Source: an uncultured delta proteobacterium (GTDB lineage: Bacteria; Myxococcota_A; Polyangia; Polyangiales; JAFGIB01). From it: a stretch of DNA of 64,000 nt. Shown here in pieces: positions 37,801 to 45,253 of the stretch (positions are counted from its first letter, which is position 1; each line of letters starts with the position of its first letter). A model generated the notes under the pieces. It did no database searches and was not told the origin of the DNA. It was given only the letters and a program-made list of their open reading frames with translations. The stretch covers positions 906,235-970,234 of the forward strand of contig CAVZVA010000009.1 in NCBI GenBank assembly GCA_963778655.1, in the 5' to 3' direction. Made by a program: the position numbers and the translations under genes.

Positions 37801-38669
37801 GTTTGGAGGTGATGCGCAGCGGGCAGCTCAAACCGGCGCTGCGCGCGCTGGTGCGCGCCGAGGAGCTGCTGCGGACCCGCTGCCCGGGGAGCGGCGCGGA
37901 CATGCGCATGTGCCGCGTGGCCATGGCCTATCTGTTCGTCGCGTTCAACCAGCTCGAGCGCGTGGCCGCGATTGCCCAGTGGGCGGAGGAGGCCGAGGAG
38001 CACGAGGACCTGCTCGCCTTGACCCGGCTGCGCGTGCTGCAGACCTTCGGCTCGCTGGTCGCAGGCGACCCGGAGCGGGCCGCGCGTGAGCTATCCCGCG
38101 CCGCCGCGCGCTGGGGCCGCGAGCGGCGGGACCTCACCAGCATGCTGCACGCAATGGCGCGCGGTAATCTGGTGCTGTACCGCGGCGACGCAGCCGGGTG
38201 TCGCTCGTTGCTGGGCGACTACGAGTGGTTCTTTCGTTCCACGCTCGGGGCGATGGCGCTGCTGCGCGGCAAGGCCCTGCTGCTGCGCGCTCGGCTCGCC
38301 CTCAGCGCGAGCTTGCAAGGCGACGACACCGACGCGCAGCTGCAGCGCGCGGAGGAGGACGCGCGCGCGGCTGCGGCGCTCGGGCTGGCCTGCTTCGAGC
38401 ATTCGATCCGGCTGGTGCGCGCCGGCGTGGCGGCGCGGCGCGGGGATGCCGATACCGCGCTGACCATGCTCTCAGCCGTGCTGGCCGATCGCGGCGAGCA
38501 CCCCGATGCGGCTTTGACCGTGGCCGCGGCCGGGCGACGCATGGGCGAGCTGCAGGGCGGCGGGGAGGGCCGCCTGCGCATCGAGAACGCCGACGATACG
38601 CTGCGCGCCCACGGGATCGAGGACCCGGAGGCGTTCTTCCGCCTGCTCGCGCCGGGCTTTTCCGGCTAG
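34812..38669 (+). CDS. Ser/Thr protein kinase fused to AAA/STAND NTPase and TPR-like region, paralogue 2
   Basis: Kinase motifs: GEGSMGAVYLA, VALKTL, HRDLKSDNV, DFG and TPAYMSPEQ. The Walker A is canonical (QGPSGIGKTTLV) and the Walker B-like segment is LLLFIDDLQWGD. A long helical C-terminus follows. The start could also be ATG 34848. Confidence 0.88.
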   Translation: MPYHGTNQIGWLMSTLPRTVPSPSTMSFVSGRFEIKRRLGEGSMGAVYLAFDRERGADVALKTLRRVDAVGIYRFKREFRALSDVIHPNLVALYDLFQEGDLWYFTMEHVQGVDFLRYVHGASHSQGAWQTPRSTPEGAAFVAPVQGGPREPQTRGLELLFPSPLQDEDRLREVLIQIARGLLAIHAAGKLHRDLKSDNVIVSSDGRAKVLDFGIVIDRAPGPHGTLELGVMGTPAYMSPEQAAGRPVDESTDWYAFGVMLYEALTGNVPFDGSYLDVMSQKQHIDPTPPSQVVSSVPHDLDDLCLRLLLRDPSARPQGLAVLRALEHRRPPSLRPPAAAVPSSSSVPAEPDAPFVGRADELVALRRHLGETDRGRPVVTLVQGPSGIGKTTLVERFIAEVRADRDAVVLKGRCYEREAVPFKAFDSLIDALSRHLRRLPGVEAAEILPRDILALAHLFPVLKRVDVVAAARRRAGLPLDRQEIRRRAFSALKELLCRLADRAPLLLFIDDLQWGDMDSAQLISELIAGADAPAMLLLLAHRSSETTESPCLQALSEHVRDSEELEVHDLQLRPLSEQESVELARQLLGPAVAGAASGVGLESRGSPHLLTELARHVLLRRSAGTASPDTQRGLVTFERALMKRVAELSPGARTLLELLSVAGRPVLEESLQLVSSFDIDLQQAVTELRGAKLVRGVGTHAQRAIETYHDRIREAVVAALEPVQLELWHKRLASTLEATGSGDLEAIVEHLLGGGDSKRAQIYAIRAATQAAEALAFEKAARLFAIAVENQDDQGWSHELLVRWADSLVNAGHARRAAAVYFDAAHSAPEPEAKVLRRKAGLQLLASGHEEEALELLGGTLQQLGVDIPASAEAGAAQLLVLRARIGERGFGLGAARAERSAADLERVDMLWTLTLSMTQTDPDRALQLVARHLLEALELGDPARAVRALCLYHNAIDAPLSALEGRAPQGALAAAEALERSLGLPDAQARVQLAHGLEVMRSGQLKPALRALVRAEELLRTRCPGSGADMRMCRVAMAYLFVAFNQLERVAAIAQWAEEAEEHEDLLALTRLRVLQTFGSLVAGDPERAARELSRAAARWGRERRDLTSMLHAMARGNLVLYRGDAAGCRSLLGDYEWFFRSTLGAMALLRGKALLLRARLALSASLQGDDTDAQLQRAEEDARAAAALGLACFEHSIRLVRAGVAARRGDADTALTMLSAVLADRGEHPDAALTVAAAGRRMGELQGGGEGRLRIENADDTLRAHGIEDPEAFFRLLAPGFSG

Positions 38670-38845
38670 CGACCTCCCTCCCGCGGTCTCACATGAGTCA
38701 TGGACCGCCGCGCCGCCCGGCTGCGTCCATCTCAGGGCACGCGCACGACTGCGACTATGACTACGACCAAGCACGAGTTCGAGGACGAGTACGAGGACGA
38801 CTCTGGGACGAGGACGTCGGTCAGAGCATCGCTGGCGGCTCGGGC

Positions 38846-39820
38846 TCAGCGTGGGGCACGGCGCGGACCATGGATCTGGGCGCGCAGGCTTTCGGCCAGC
38901 TCCAGCATGGGTAGGCCGGGGTCGTCGGCCAGATCAGGGTCGAGCTCGGCGATCCGGCCCTGGCCGTGACACGGGCGCAGCTGCGAAAGCCCGGGCGCGT
39001 TGCAGATCGACTGCGCCATGCCGCGCCGCGTGACCAGCACGTCAGGATCCAGGCTCAATACCTGTTCGGCGTCGAGCGCAGGCCAGCCGTGGTAGCGCTC
39101 GGCCGCGTCGATGAGACCCGCGTAGTGCAACACGTCATGGTAGCTGGTACCGCGCGCGCCGCCGAACAGTTGCTTGCCGTAGAGCGCGAGGTAGAGCCCG
39201 CGCGGTCGGGCCGCGCGCGGCACGTCGCTTGCGACCGCCTTCAGCCGCTGTACGAAGTGGGTAGCCAGCGCGGCAGCGCGCTGCGGCTCGCCGACCAGCA
39301 CGCCGATCACGCCGATGGTGGGCAGCAGGGTGTCGAGGCCACCCATCTCGCCCAGGTCGAACACCACCACGCCCTGCGCGCGCAGGCGGGCCGCGTAGCG
39401 AGGGTCGCCGAAGTGGTTGATGAGCAGCAGGTCGGGGTGCAGGCTGAGGATCGGCTCGAGGTCGGCGGGCGAGTCGATGCCGGCGCGGCCGCGGTAGCGG
39501 TAGCCGAGCAGCGGGTTGTCCTTGCTGTAGCGCGACACCGCGACGATACGCTCGGGCGCGCACAGCTCCCACAGCACCGAATCGGCAACCAGGCTCGCCG
39601 ATGCGATGCGCCGATAGCGGCGAAGCGGTGCGATCGCGCTGGAGGCGTCGCGAATGCCGCGGCCGCCGCCCGGCAGCACGACCTCCGCGACCTTTGCCGC
39701 GCGCGGCTCGATCTGCTCGACCCGCACCTGGGGCTCGCGGCGGGCGCCCGCGGCGCCGAGCAAGCTCGCGGAGAGCGCCAGCAGCACGGCCACACCGTTG
39801 TGCAGGTCGACGCGGGTCAT
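38846..39820 (-). CDS. ABC transporter periplasmic substrate-binding protein (iron-siderophore/haem/cobalamin FecB-BtuF-type)
   Basis: ATG 39820 overlaps the ATPase stop (ATGA). The signal-like N-terminus is VAVLLALSASLLGAAG. The layout is typical of this binding-protein class (RIVAVS..., LEPILSLHPDLLLINHFG, GVVVFDLGE). The gene is in an operon with FecCD-type permease and ATPase genes. The ORF-track start at 40444 lies inside the ATPase gene. Confidence 0.72.
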   Translation of the reverse strand: MTRVDLHNGVAVLLALSASLLGAAGARREPQVRVEQIEPRAAKVAEVVLPGGGRGIRDASSAIAPLRRYRRIASASLVADSVLWELCAPERIVAVSRYSKDNPLLGYRYRGRAGIDSPADLEPILSLHPDLLLINHFGDPRYAARLRAQGVVVFDLGEMGGLDTLLPTIGVIGVLVGEPQRAAALATHFVQRLKAVASDVPRAARPRGLYLALYGKQLFGGARGTSYHDVLHYAGLIDAAERYHGWPALDAEQVLSLDPDVLVTRRGMAQSICNAPGLSQLRPCHGQGRIAELDPDLADDPGLPMLELAESLRAQIHGPRRAPR

Positions 39821-40602
39821 GGTTTGTGCGCGCCCCCGACCAGCCGAAACCCGAGCGCGCCGCCCGCGATCGGCTCCACACCGTACACGCGCCGCACGTT
39901 GTCCGCGGTGAGCACGGCGCTGCTGGCGTCCAGCGCCACGCTGTGGCCGTGGTCCAGCAGCAGCGCGCGGTCGGTGAAGTGCAGCGCGTCGTCGAGCTGG
40001 TGCAGAACCGCCACCACGCAGTGGCCGTCCTTGGCAAGCGCGCGCAGTGTGGCGAACAGCGACAGCGCGTGCGAGACGTCGAGCGCCGCGGTGGGCTCGT
40101 CGAGCAGCAGCACGCGCGCCTCGGTGGCCAGCGCGCGCGCCAGCAGCACGCGGCGCTGCTCGCCGGCCGAGAGCTCCGGTAGCATGCGGCTCGCCAGGTG
40201 CGTCACGTCCGCGCGTTCCATCGCGGCCTCGATCGCGAGCCGGTCGCGCGCGGACAGGCCGGCGAGCGCGCCCCTGTGCGCGTAGCGGCCGTGGCCGACC
40301 ACGGCGTAGACCGAGAGCCGGGAGGTGAGCTGCGAGCGCTGCGGGACCAGCGAAAGGCGCCGGCCCAGCTCGCGCCGGGTTAGCCGCGCGCCGTCGACGC
40401 CCGACAGCTCGATGCAGCCGCCGTGCTCGATCAGCCCGGCGCACGCGCGCAGCAGCGTGCTCTTGCCCGCGCCGTTGGGACCGAGCACGGCCAGCAGCGA
40501 GCCGAAGTCGGCGTCGAACGACACGTCGTGCAGCACCGGCGCGCGGCCGAGCGCGACGCTGACGCCGCGGGCGCGCAGCGCGGGCGGCTCAGCCATAGCC
40601 AC
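39817..40602 (-). CDS. ABC transporter ATP-binding protein (FecE/BtuD/HmuV-type)
   Basis: Motifs: Walker A GPNGAGKSTLLRA, signature LSAGEQRRVLLARAL, Walker B LLLDEPTAALD and the H-loop LHQL. The start is GTG 40602 or ATG 40596; both overlap the permease 3' end. Confidence 0.92.
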   Translation of the reverse strand: MAMAEPPALRARGVSVALGRAPVLHDVSFDADFGSLLAVLGPNGAGKSTLLRACAGLIEHGGCIELSGVDGARLTRRELGRRLSLVPQRSQLTSRLSVYAVVGHGRYAHRGALAGLSARDRLAIEAAMERADVTHLASRMLPELSAGEQRRVLLARALATEARVLLLDEPTAALDVSHALSLFATLRALAKDGHCVVAVLHQLDDALHFTDRALLLDHGHSVALDASSAVLTADNVRRVYGVEPIAGGALGFRLVGGAHKP

Positions 40603-41674
40603 CCCGGCGCCAGGTGCGCAGCAGCAGCACGAGGAAGAGCGGCGCGCCGAACAGGCCGGTGATCACGCCCAGCGGCAGCTCGGTTTGCGAGGGCACTACG
40701 CGCGCGAGCGCGTCGCAGCCGATCACGAATGCGCCGCCGCCGAGCGCCGCGGCGGGCACCAGCCGCCGGTGCTCCGCGCCGAGCACGCTGCGCAGGCCGT
40801 GGGGCACGATCAGTCCCACGAAGCCGATGTTGCCGCCGAGCGAGACCGCCGCTCCTGTCAAGGTCGCGCTCCACACCACGATCCAGCGCCGTACCGCCGC
40901 GACGTCGACGCCGAGCGAGGCCGATTCGTCCTCGCCGCTGAGCAGCAGGTCGAGCGGGCGGCCCCACAGCCAGGCAGCGATCACGCCCGGCAGCACCAGC
41001 GGCCAGGCCATCGCCACCTGCGCGCCGGAGGTGCCCGAGAGCCCGCCCAGCACGAACGCCACCATCGCGCGCGCAAGGTCCCACTTCTCCTGCGCCAGGC
41101 TCATGATGAAGTTGCCGAGGCCCAGGAACAGCGACGACAGGATGAAGCCGGTGAGCAGCAGCAACACGAGGTCGCCGTGCTGGCGCGCGATCACCAGCAG
41201 GATCCCGAGCGCGAGCAAGGCGCCGAGCAGGCAGCCCACGGGCAGGAAGAGCTGCGCGGGTAGGACCGCGCCGAGCGCACCCGCAGGCAGCGCCTGATAC
41301 AGCATCATCGTGGCCTGGCCGCCGAAGCTCGCGCCCGCGGTGGCGCCGAGCAGCGAGGGGTCGGCCAGCGGATTGCGGAACAGGCCCTGCACCACCACGC
41401 CCGCCACGGCCAGCGCGGCCCCGGTCAGGAAGGCCGCCAGCAGGCGGTAGCCGCGCAACTGCAGTAGCGTGTCGCGCAGCCGCGGGTCGTGCAGGTCGCC
41501 GTGGCCGGCCAGCAAGCCCGCAACGCACGCGGCTGCGAGCGCGAACAGCAACGCCGCGTATACGCGCGCGGTGCGCGAGCTCTGCGCTGGCGCCAGAGCC
41601 GCAGCCTCCGAGCCCGCGCTGGCCGTGCCTTCCAAGATGGGCCGCAAAATGGTGCGAGCCTGCAAGCCTGTCAA
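40589..41674 (-). CDS. ABC transporter permease (FecCD/BtuC family)
   Basis: The 361-aa polytopic protein has FecCD-family hallmarks as remembered: LLLTGFILSSLF, GNIGFVGLIVPHGLR and ELPLGVITGLFGAPLFLVLL. Confidence 0.88.
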   Translation of the reverse strand: MTGLQARTILRPILEGTASAGSEAAALAPAQSSRTARVYAALLFALAAACVAGLLAGHGDLHDPRLRDTLLQLRGYRLLAAFLTGAALAVAGVVVQGLFRNPLADPSLLGATAGASFGGQATMMLYQALPAGALGAVLPAQLFLPVGCLLGALLALGILLVIARQHGDLVLLLLTGFILSSLFLGLGNFIMSLAQEKWDLARAMVAFVLGGLSGTSGAQVAMAWPLVLPGVIAAWLWGRPLDLLLSGEDESASLGVDVAAVRRWIVVWSATLTGAAVSLGGNIGFVGLIVPHGLRSVLGAEHRRLVPAAALGGGAFVIGCDALARVVPSQTELPLGVITGLFGAPLFLVLLLRTWRRGGYG

Positions 41675-41699
41675 GCGGCCGCAGCCCGCGCGGGCAGCA

Positions 41700-41742
41700 G
41701 GCCACGGCGCCGCAGCCCGCGCACGGGCGGGGCGCCGTGGCC
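41700..41742 (-). terminator. strong GC stem-loop between the DUF2330-like gene and the ABC importer operon
   Basis: A perfect 12-bp inverted repeat pairs ggccacggcgcc (41700-41711) with ggcgccgtggcc (41731-41742). The 19-nt loop can itself form a 5-bp inner stem (gcccg/cgggc). On the minus strand it lies about 30 nt after the stop at 41774. No U-tract follows, so its function (terminator or processing site) is uncertain. Confidence 0.3.
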
Positions 41743-41773
41743 TGCGCCCTCGCAGGCCGTCAGAACCAGTGCG

Positions 41774-43615
41774 TCAGAACCGTCGCCGCCGGATCAGCGC
41801 CGCCAGGGCGAGCAGCAGCAGCGAGCCGCTGCCACCTGCCTCCGGTAAGCCGCCGCCGACGTTGCAGCCGCCGCTGTGCGCGACGCTGCTGCCGCTCTTG
41901 CCGCCGTCGTCCACGCCGGCATCGCTGGTGCCACCGCTCGAGCCACCGGAGCCGGCGCTGCCGCCGCCGCCGCTCTTACCGCCCGTGCTGCCGCCGCTCG
42001 TGCCGCCCGTGCCGCTGTCGGCTGTGCCGCCATCGCTGGTGCCGGCGCCGTTCTGCTTGAGCATCGCGACGATCATGTCCGTGCGATCGTCGATCACCTT
42101 GCCCTGACCCTGCTTGCCGTACTGCAGGATCTTGAGCGCCGCGGGCTGACTGTCGATCATGATCGGCCAGGTCCCGATGGTCGTGCCGTGCACCTCGCCG
42201 CCCTGCGGCAGCACGAGCCGCCACGGGCTGTTGGATGTGCCGCCGCCATTCCCGCACTCGATGTAGAAGTCGGCGGTGTGGATGTTGCTGACGTCGCCGA
42301 GGTCGGAGTTGAAGTCGAAGGCGGGATCGAGGGTCATCTCGGCCGCGCTCATCGTGGTGTACAGGCGCGTGATGTAGGGGCGCGAGTCGAGCAGCGCCTG
42401 GGTATCGGCCAGCGGCTTGATCACCATCTCGTAGAGCTTGGTCAGGAAGGTCTGGGTGTCGAAGGTCACGCCCGCCGCGTTGATGTAGCAGGATAGACAG
42501 CGCTGGAAATCCGAGAACGCGATGTTGCTGGGCAGCGTGACCGAGGCCTGCAGTGCGTCGTTGAAGCCGTCGTAGTTGCCAAACATGTTGGTGGCGTCGC
42601 GGACCATCGAGGCCGCGTCGGTGTAGCTCGTCGCCTGGAACTGATTCCACTGCTGCTGCTGGTAGCCGGCGAAGATCTGGACGCCCGTGTTGTTCACCAG
42701 ATCAGAGACCTTGCCCGCATACTCGGTCACGAAGCCCTGGCCCATGGCCTCGTCGGCAGCCTTGCTCACGACCTCGTTGTAGTTGTTGTTGGGATTGAAC
42801 CAGTCGATCAGCGCCTCGTTGAGCTCGAGCGCCTTGTAGTTCTCCGGAATCGCGCGCGCGTCCGACAGCACCCACACCAGCACGCCCATGTCGTCGTTGG
42901 CCGCGACCGCGGTGGGCCTGATCGGAATCGACGGCAGCGCCGAGTCATAGGTGATCATGACCGGGCGGATCGAGCCGGTCATGTTGCCCTTGCTCAGCTT
43001 GAACGCGAGCAGGTTGAGCCCGTCTTCGAGATAGGGGCGCAGCACCACGTCGCCCATCGGGCCCACGTCGTAGCTGTGCGCGGTGAGCCAATCGACCGCG
43101 ACCTGGGCCGCGTCGCTCGCTCCGGGGTCGACCATGATGACGTCGTAGTCATAGGGACCGACCGCACCGGAAGCCACCACCGTCACTGCGGGCGCAGACG
43201 CGGCCCCCCCCGTGCCCGAGGCGTTGCCAAATCCGACCGCACCGGTTGCCATCGGCACCGCGCAGCTGCCATCGAACATGGTCTGCCGGGTGTACTGGGG
43301 GTTGGTCGCCTGCTTGAGCGCCTGGAAGGCCGAGTCCGAGGAAACCGCGACCGTCGGGTTGCCGGGCACCGGCAGCACCCAGGCGAACTTCTGCGACGGC
43401 CCGTCGTACATGATCTGGATCACCGCGGTCACCGTGCCGTCCGCGTTCTTCGAGAACACAATCTGTTCGGCGGCCTGGTTGACCGGATTGGCCGCGGAGC
43501 AGAAGAAGCCGCCGCAGGCCTTGGCCGGGCTCGGCGCCATCGCAATTGCAGCCGCGGTCAGGCCGGCCAATGCCGCGCCCACCCATGCGAACCCCTGTGG
43601 TCGTTCGAAGCGCAT
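41774..43615 (-). CDS. DUF2330-like secreted protein with a MYXO-CTERM-like C-terminal sorting tail
   Basis: ATG 43615 lies 7 nt after GGGAGAG. The signal peptide is followed directly by the ACGGFFC motif that I associate with DUF2330. The C-terminus has a Gly/Ser-rich spacer and then HSGGCNVGGGLPEAGGSGSLLLLALAALIRRRRF, that is, Cys, a hydrophobic helix and an Arg cluster. The 1114-aa ORF-track version adds 500 aa of Arg-rich shadow sequence antisense to 43862-45235. Confidence 0.75.
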   Translation of the reverse strand: MRFERPQGFAWVGAALAGLTAAAIAMAPSPAKACGGFFCSAANPVNQAAEQIVFSKNADGTVTAVIQIMYDGPSQKFAWVLPVPGNPTVAVSSDSAFQALKQATNPQYTRQTMFDGSCAVPMATGAVGFGNASGTGGAASAPAVTVVASGAVGPYDYDVIMVDPGASDAAQVAVDWLTAHSYDVGPMGDVVLRPYLEDGLNLLAFKLSKGNMTGSIRPVMITYDSALPSIPIRPTAVAANDDMGVLVWVLSDARAIPENYKALELNEALIDWFNPNNNYNEVVSKAADEAMGQGFVTEYAGKVSDLVNNTGVQIFAGYQQQQWNQFQATSYTDAASMVRDATNMFGNYDGFNDALQASVTLPSNIAFSDFQRCLSCYINAAGVTFDTQTFLTKLYEMVIKPLADTQALLDSRPYITRLYTTMSAAEMTLDPAFDFNSDLGDVSNIHTADFYIECGNGGGTSNSPWRLVLPQGGEVHGTTIGTWPIMIDSQPAALKILQYGKQGQGKVIDDRTDMIVAMLKQNGAGTSDGGTADSGTGGTSGGSTGGKSGGGGSAGSGGSSGGTSDAGVDDGGKSGSSVAHSGGCNVGGGLPEAGGSGSLLLLALAALIRRRRF

Positions 43616-43861
43616 TCGTGCTCTCCCTTGCATCCCGGTGTACCCGGGGCTGGGCCACGCCCTGTGGCACAGCCTGGCACAGCCCGCACCCAATCCTCCA
43701 AGCATACTGCAACCCCCATGCCAGCGCCCCGGCCGGCCTGAACCGCCCTGAGACAGGCGAACATACCGAAACAGTTCCGGGTTTCGCGCCTCGCAGCCGA
43801 TTGTCATCATCCGGCAACGGGCCGGTTTGGGGTCCGAGCCGCGCCGGCGCGGGAGGCGTTC

Positions 43862-45235
43862 ATGGAGGGAACCCAGAAGCTCCGCCCAGTGGGCGTGTCC
43901 GTTTCGGGACGCCTCACCGGGCCCCTGGTGATCGCCGGGTTTGTGCTCGCCGCAACCTGCGCCTACGTCGCGCTGGCGCTGCGGCCGCAATGGGCGGCTG
44001 CGCTGCGCGCCGCGTGGGACGGCGTGCTGCAAGCCGGCCGCGGCGGCGTCTGGATCCTGCCGCTGCTGGCCGCTGTCGCGGCAGTGCTCGGCGTGGTGCT
44101 GGCCGCGTTCCTGCTGTCGGCGTTCGTGCGCGGCGTGCAAGCGGCGCCCTATGCGTGGCTGGCGCCGGTGCTGGTCGGCTTCTCCAGCTTCGTGCTGGCG
44201 CGCATGCGCATCGACCTGCCGCTGGGCCCCGTTCCGGCGCCGCTGTTCGCGACGCTGAGCGGGTTGCTGCTGCTCGGCGGCGGTGCGCTGGCGCAAGTGC
44301 GCGGCTGGCCTGCCAAGCTCTCGGGAGCGCTTGCGCTCGGCTTGCCCCTGCTGCTGCTGGGCTGCGCCTACGCGCGCGCGGGCGGCGGCCTGCTGCCGGC
44401 CTGGCGCGCGCTCGACCCGACCGCGGGTCTGTTTCTGTTCGTGCTCGGCTTGACCAGCGTCGGCGTGGCGCTGGTGGCGGCGGTGGCCCGTCCTGCCGGC
44501 CCGATCGGCGAGGCGGCCCAGCGCGCGCGCAGCTGGCGCGAGCACAGGCAGCAGCTGGCGCAGGCGCTGAACCACGCGCGCGAGAGCGAGCTGCGCGCGG
44601 CCGAAGCCGAGCGCCGCGCCGAGCTCGCCGAGCACGCGTTGCAGGCGGCGCATGCGGTGGCGGCTCGCGCGCCCGCGTTCGGGCACGGGGAAGACACCGG
44701 GCGATTCATGGCGCTCGCGCGGCCGCCGCTCTTGAGCCGCACCGCCCGGCTGTGGATCGGTGCGCCGCTGCTGCTGGTCACGGCCTTGCTCGTCGCGTAC
44801 CTGGCGGCCTATAGACCGCTCGCCCGGCGCGCGGCCGCGCAGCAGGTGTTCTCGACCGAGAGCGCCAAGGAGCACGCCGAAGAGATCGACGCGCTGCGCA
44901 AGCGCTTCGCAACGGAGCGCCAGCACCTGTACGAGGCGCTGGCCGCCGAGCGCGCCCACAGCGAGCAGCTGCTGCAGCAAGCGCGCGAACAGGCGGCGAC
45001 GCAGCCGGCGCCGAGCGCGGAGCGGACCCCTGCGGCGGTAGCGCCGGAAGTGGCGAGGCCCGTGGCCAGGGCTGTCAGGCACGCGACCAGGGCGAATGGC
45101 CGGCACGCGCGCCGCCATGCGGCCAGGAGCCGAGCGCGCACGCGCACGCAGCCCGCGAAGCGCGAAGCGGCCCAGCCGCGCGAGTCGGGCGAGACCCTCG
45201 ACGACGATCCGATCGGCGGCCTCGAGGGCATGTAG
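43862..45235 (+). CDS. hypothetical membrane protein with a coiled-coil/charged C-terminal half
   Basis: ATG 43862 lies 5 nt after GGAGG. About six hydrophobic helices occupy the first 210 aa. Next come Ala/Glu/Arg-rich helical segments (ESELRAAEAERRAELAEHALQAAH), one more TM helix and a basic tail. I recognise no family. Confidence 0.6.
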   Translation: MEGTQKLRPVGVSVSGRLTGPLVIAGFVLAATCAYVALALRPQWAAALRAAWDGVLQAGRGGVWILPLLAAVAAVLGVVLAAFLLSAFVRGVQAAPYAWLAPVLVGFSSFVLARMRIDLPLGPVPAPLFATLSGLLLLGGGALAQVRGWPAKLSGALALGLPLLLLGCAYARAGGGLLPAWRALDPTAGLFLFVLGLTSVGVALVAAVARPAGPIGEAAQRARSWREHRQQLAQALNHARESELRAAEAERRAELAEHALQAAHAVAARAPAFGHGEDTGRFMALARPPLLSRTARLWIGAPLLLVTALLVAYLAAYRPLARRAAAQQVFSTESAKEHAEEIDALRKRFATERQHLYEALAAERAHSEQLLQQAREQAATQPAPSAERTPAAVAPEVARPVARAVRHATRANGRHARRHAARSRARTRTQPAKREAAQPRESGETLDDDPIGGLEGM

Positions 45236-45253
45236 CGCGGGGGCGTTCCGAGG

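Noticed and set aside
38757-38969. Small acidic ORF (MTTTKHEFEDEYEDDSG...) in the convergent gap after kinase paralogue 2
   Set aside because: Only the first ~20 codons look coding-like. The rest runs antisense into the substrate-binding-protein gene with Arg/Ser-rich shadow composition. It has no RBS and no recognisable family.
41675-41773. Cobalamin or other riboswitch upstream of the BtuCDF/FecBCDE-type importer
   Set aside because: Only 99 bp are available, and I see no B12-box-like conserved core. The region is dominated by one simple GC hairpin.
43665-43684. Tandem TGGCACAGCC x2 as a sigma-54 promoter for the 43862 gene
   Set aside because: The -24-like TGGCAC is present twice, but no TGC/-12 element occurs at the required GG-N10-GC spacing for either copy. 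It is recorded only as a 10-bp tandem duplication in a divergent spacer.
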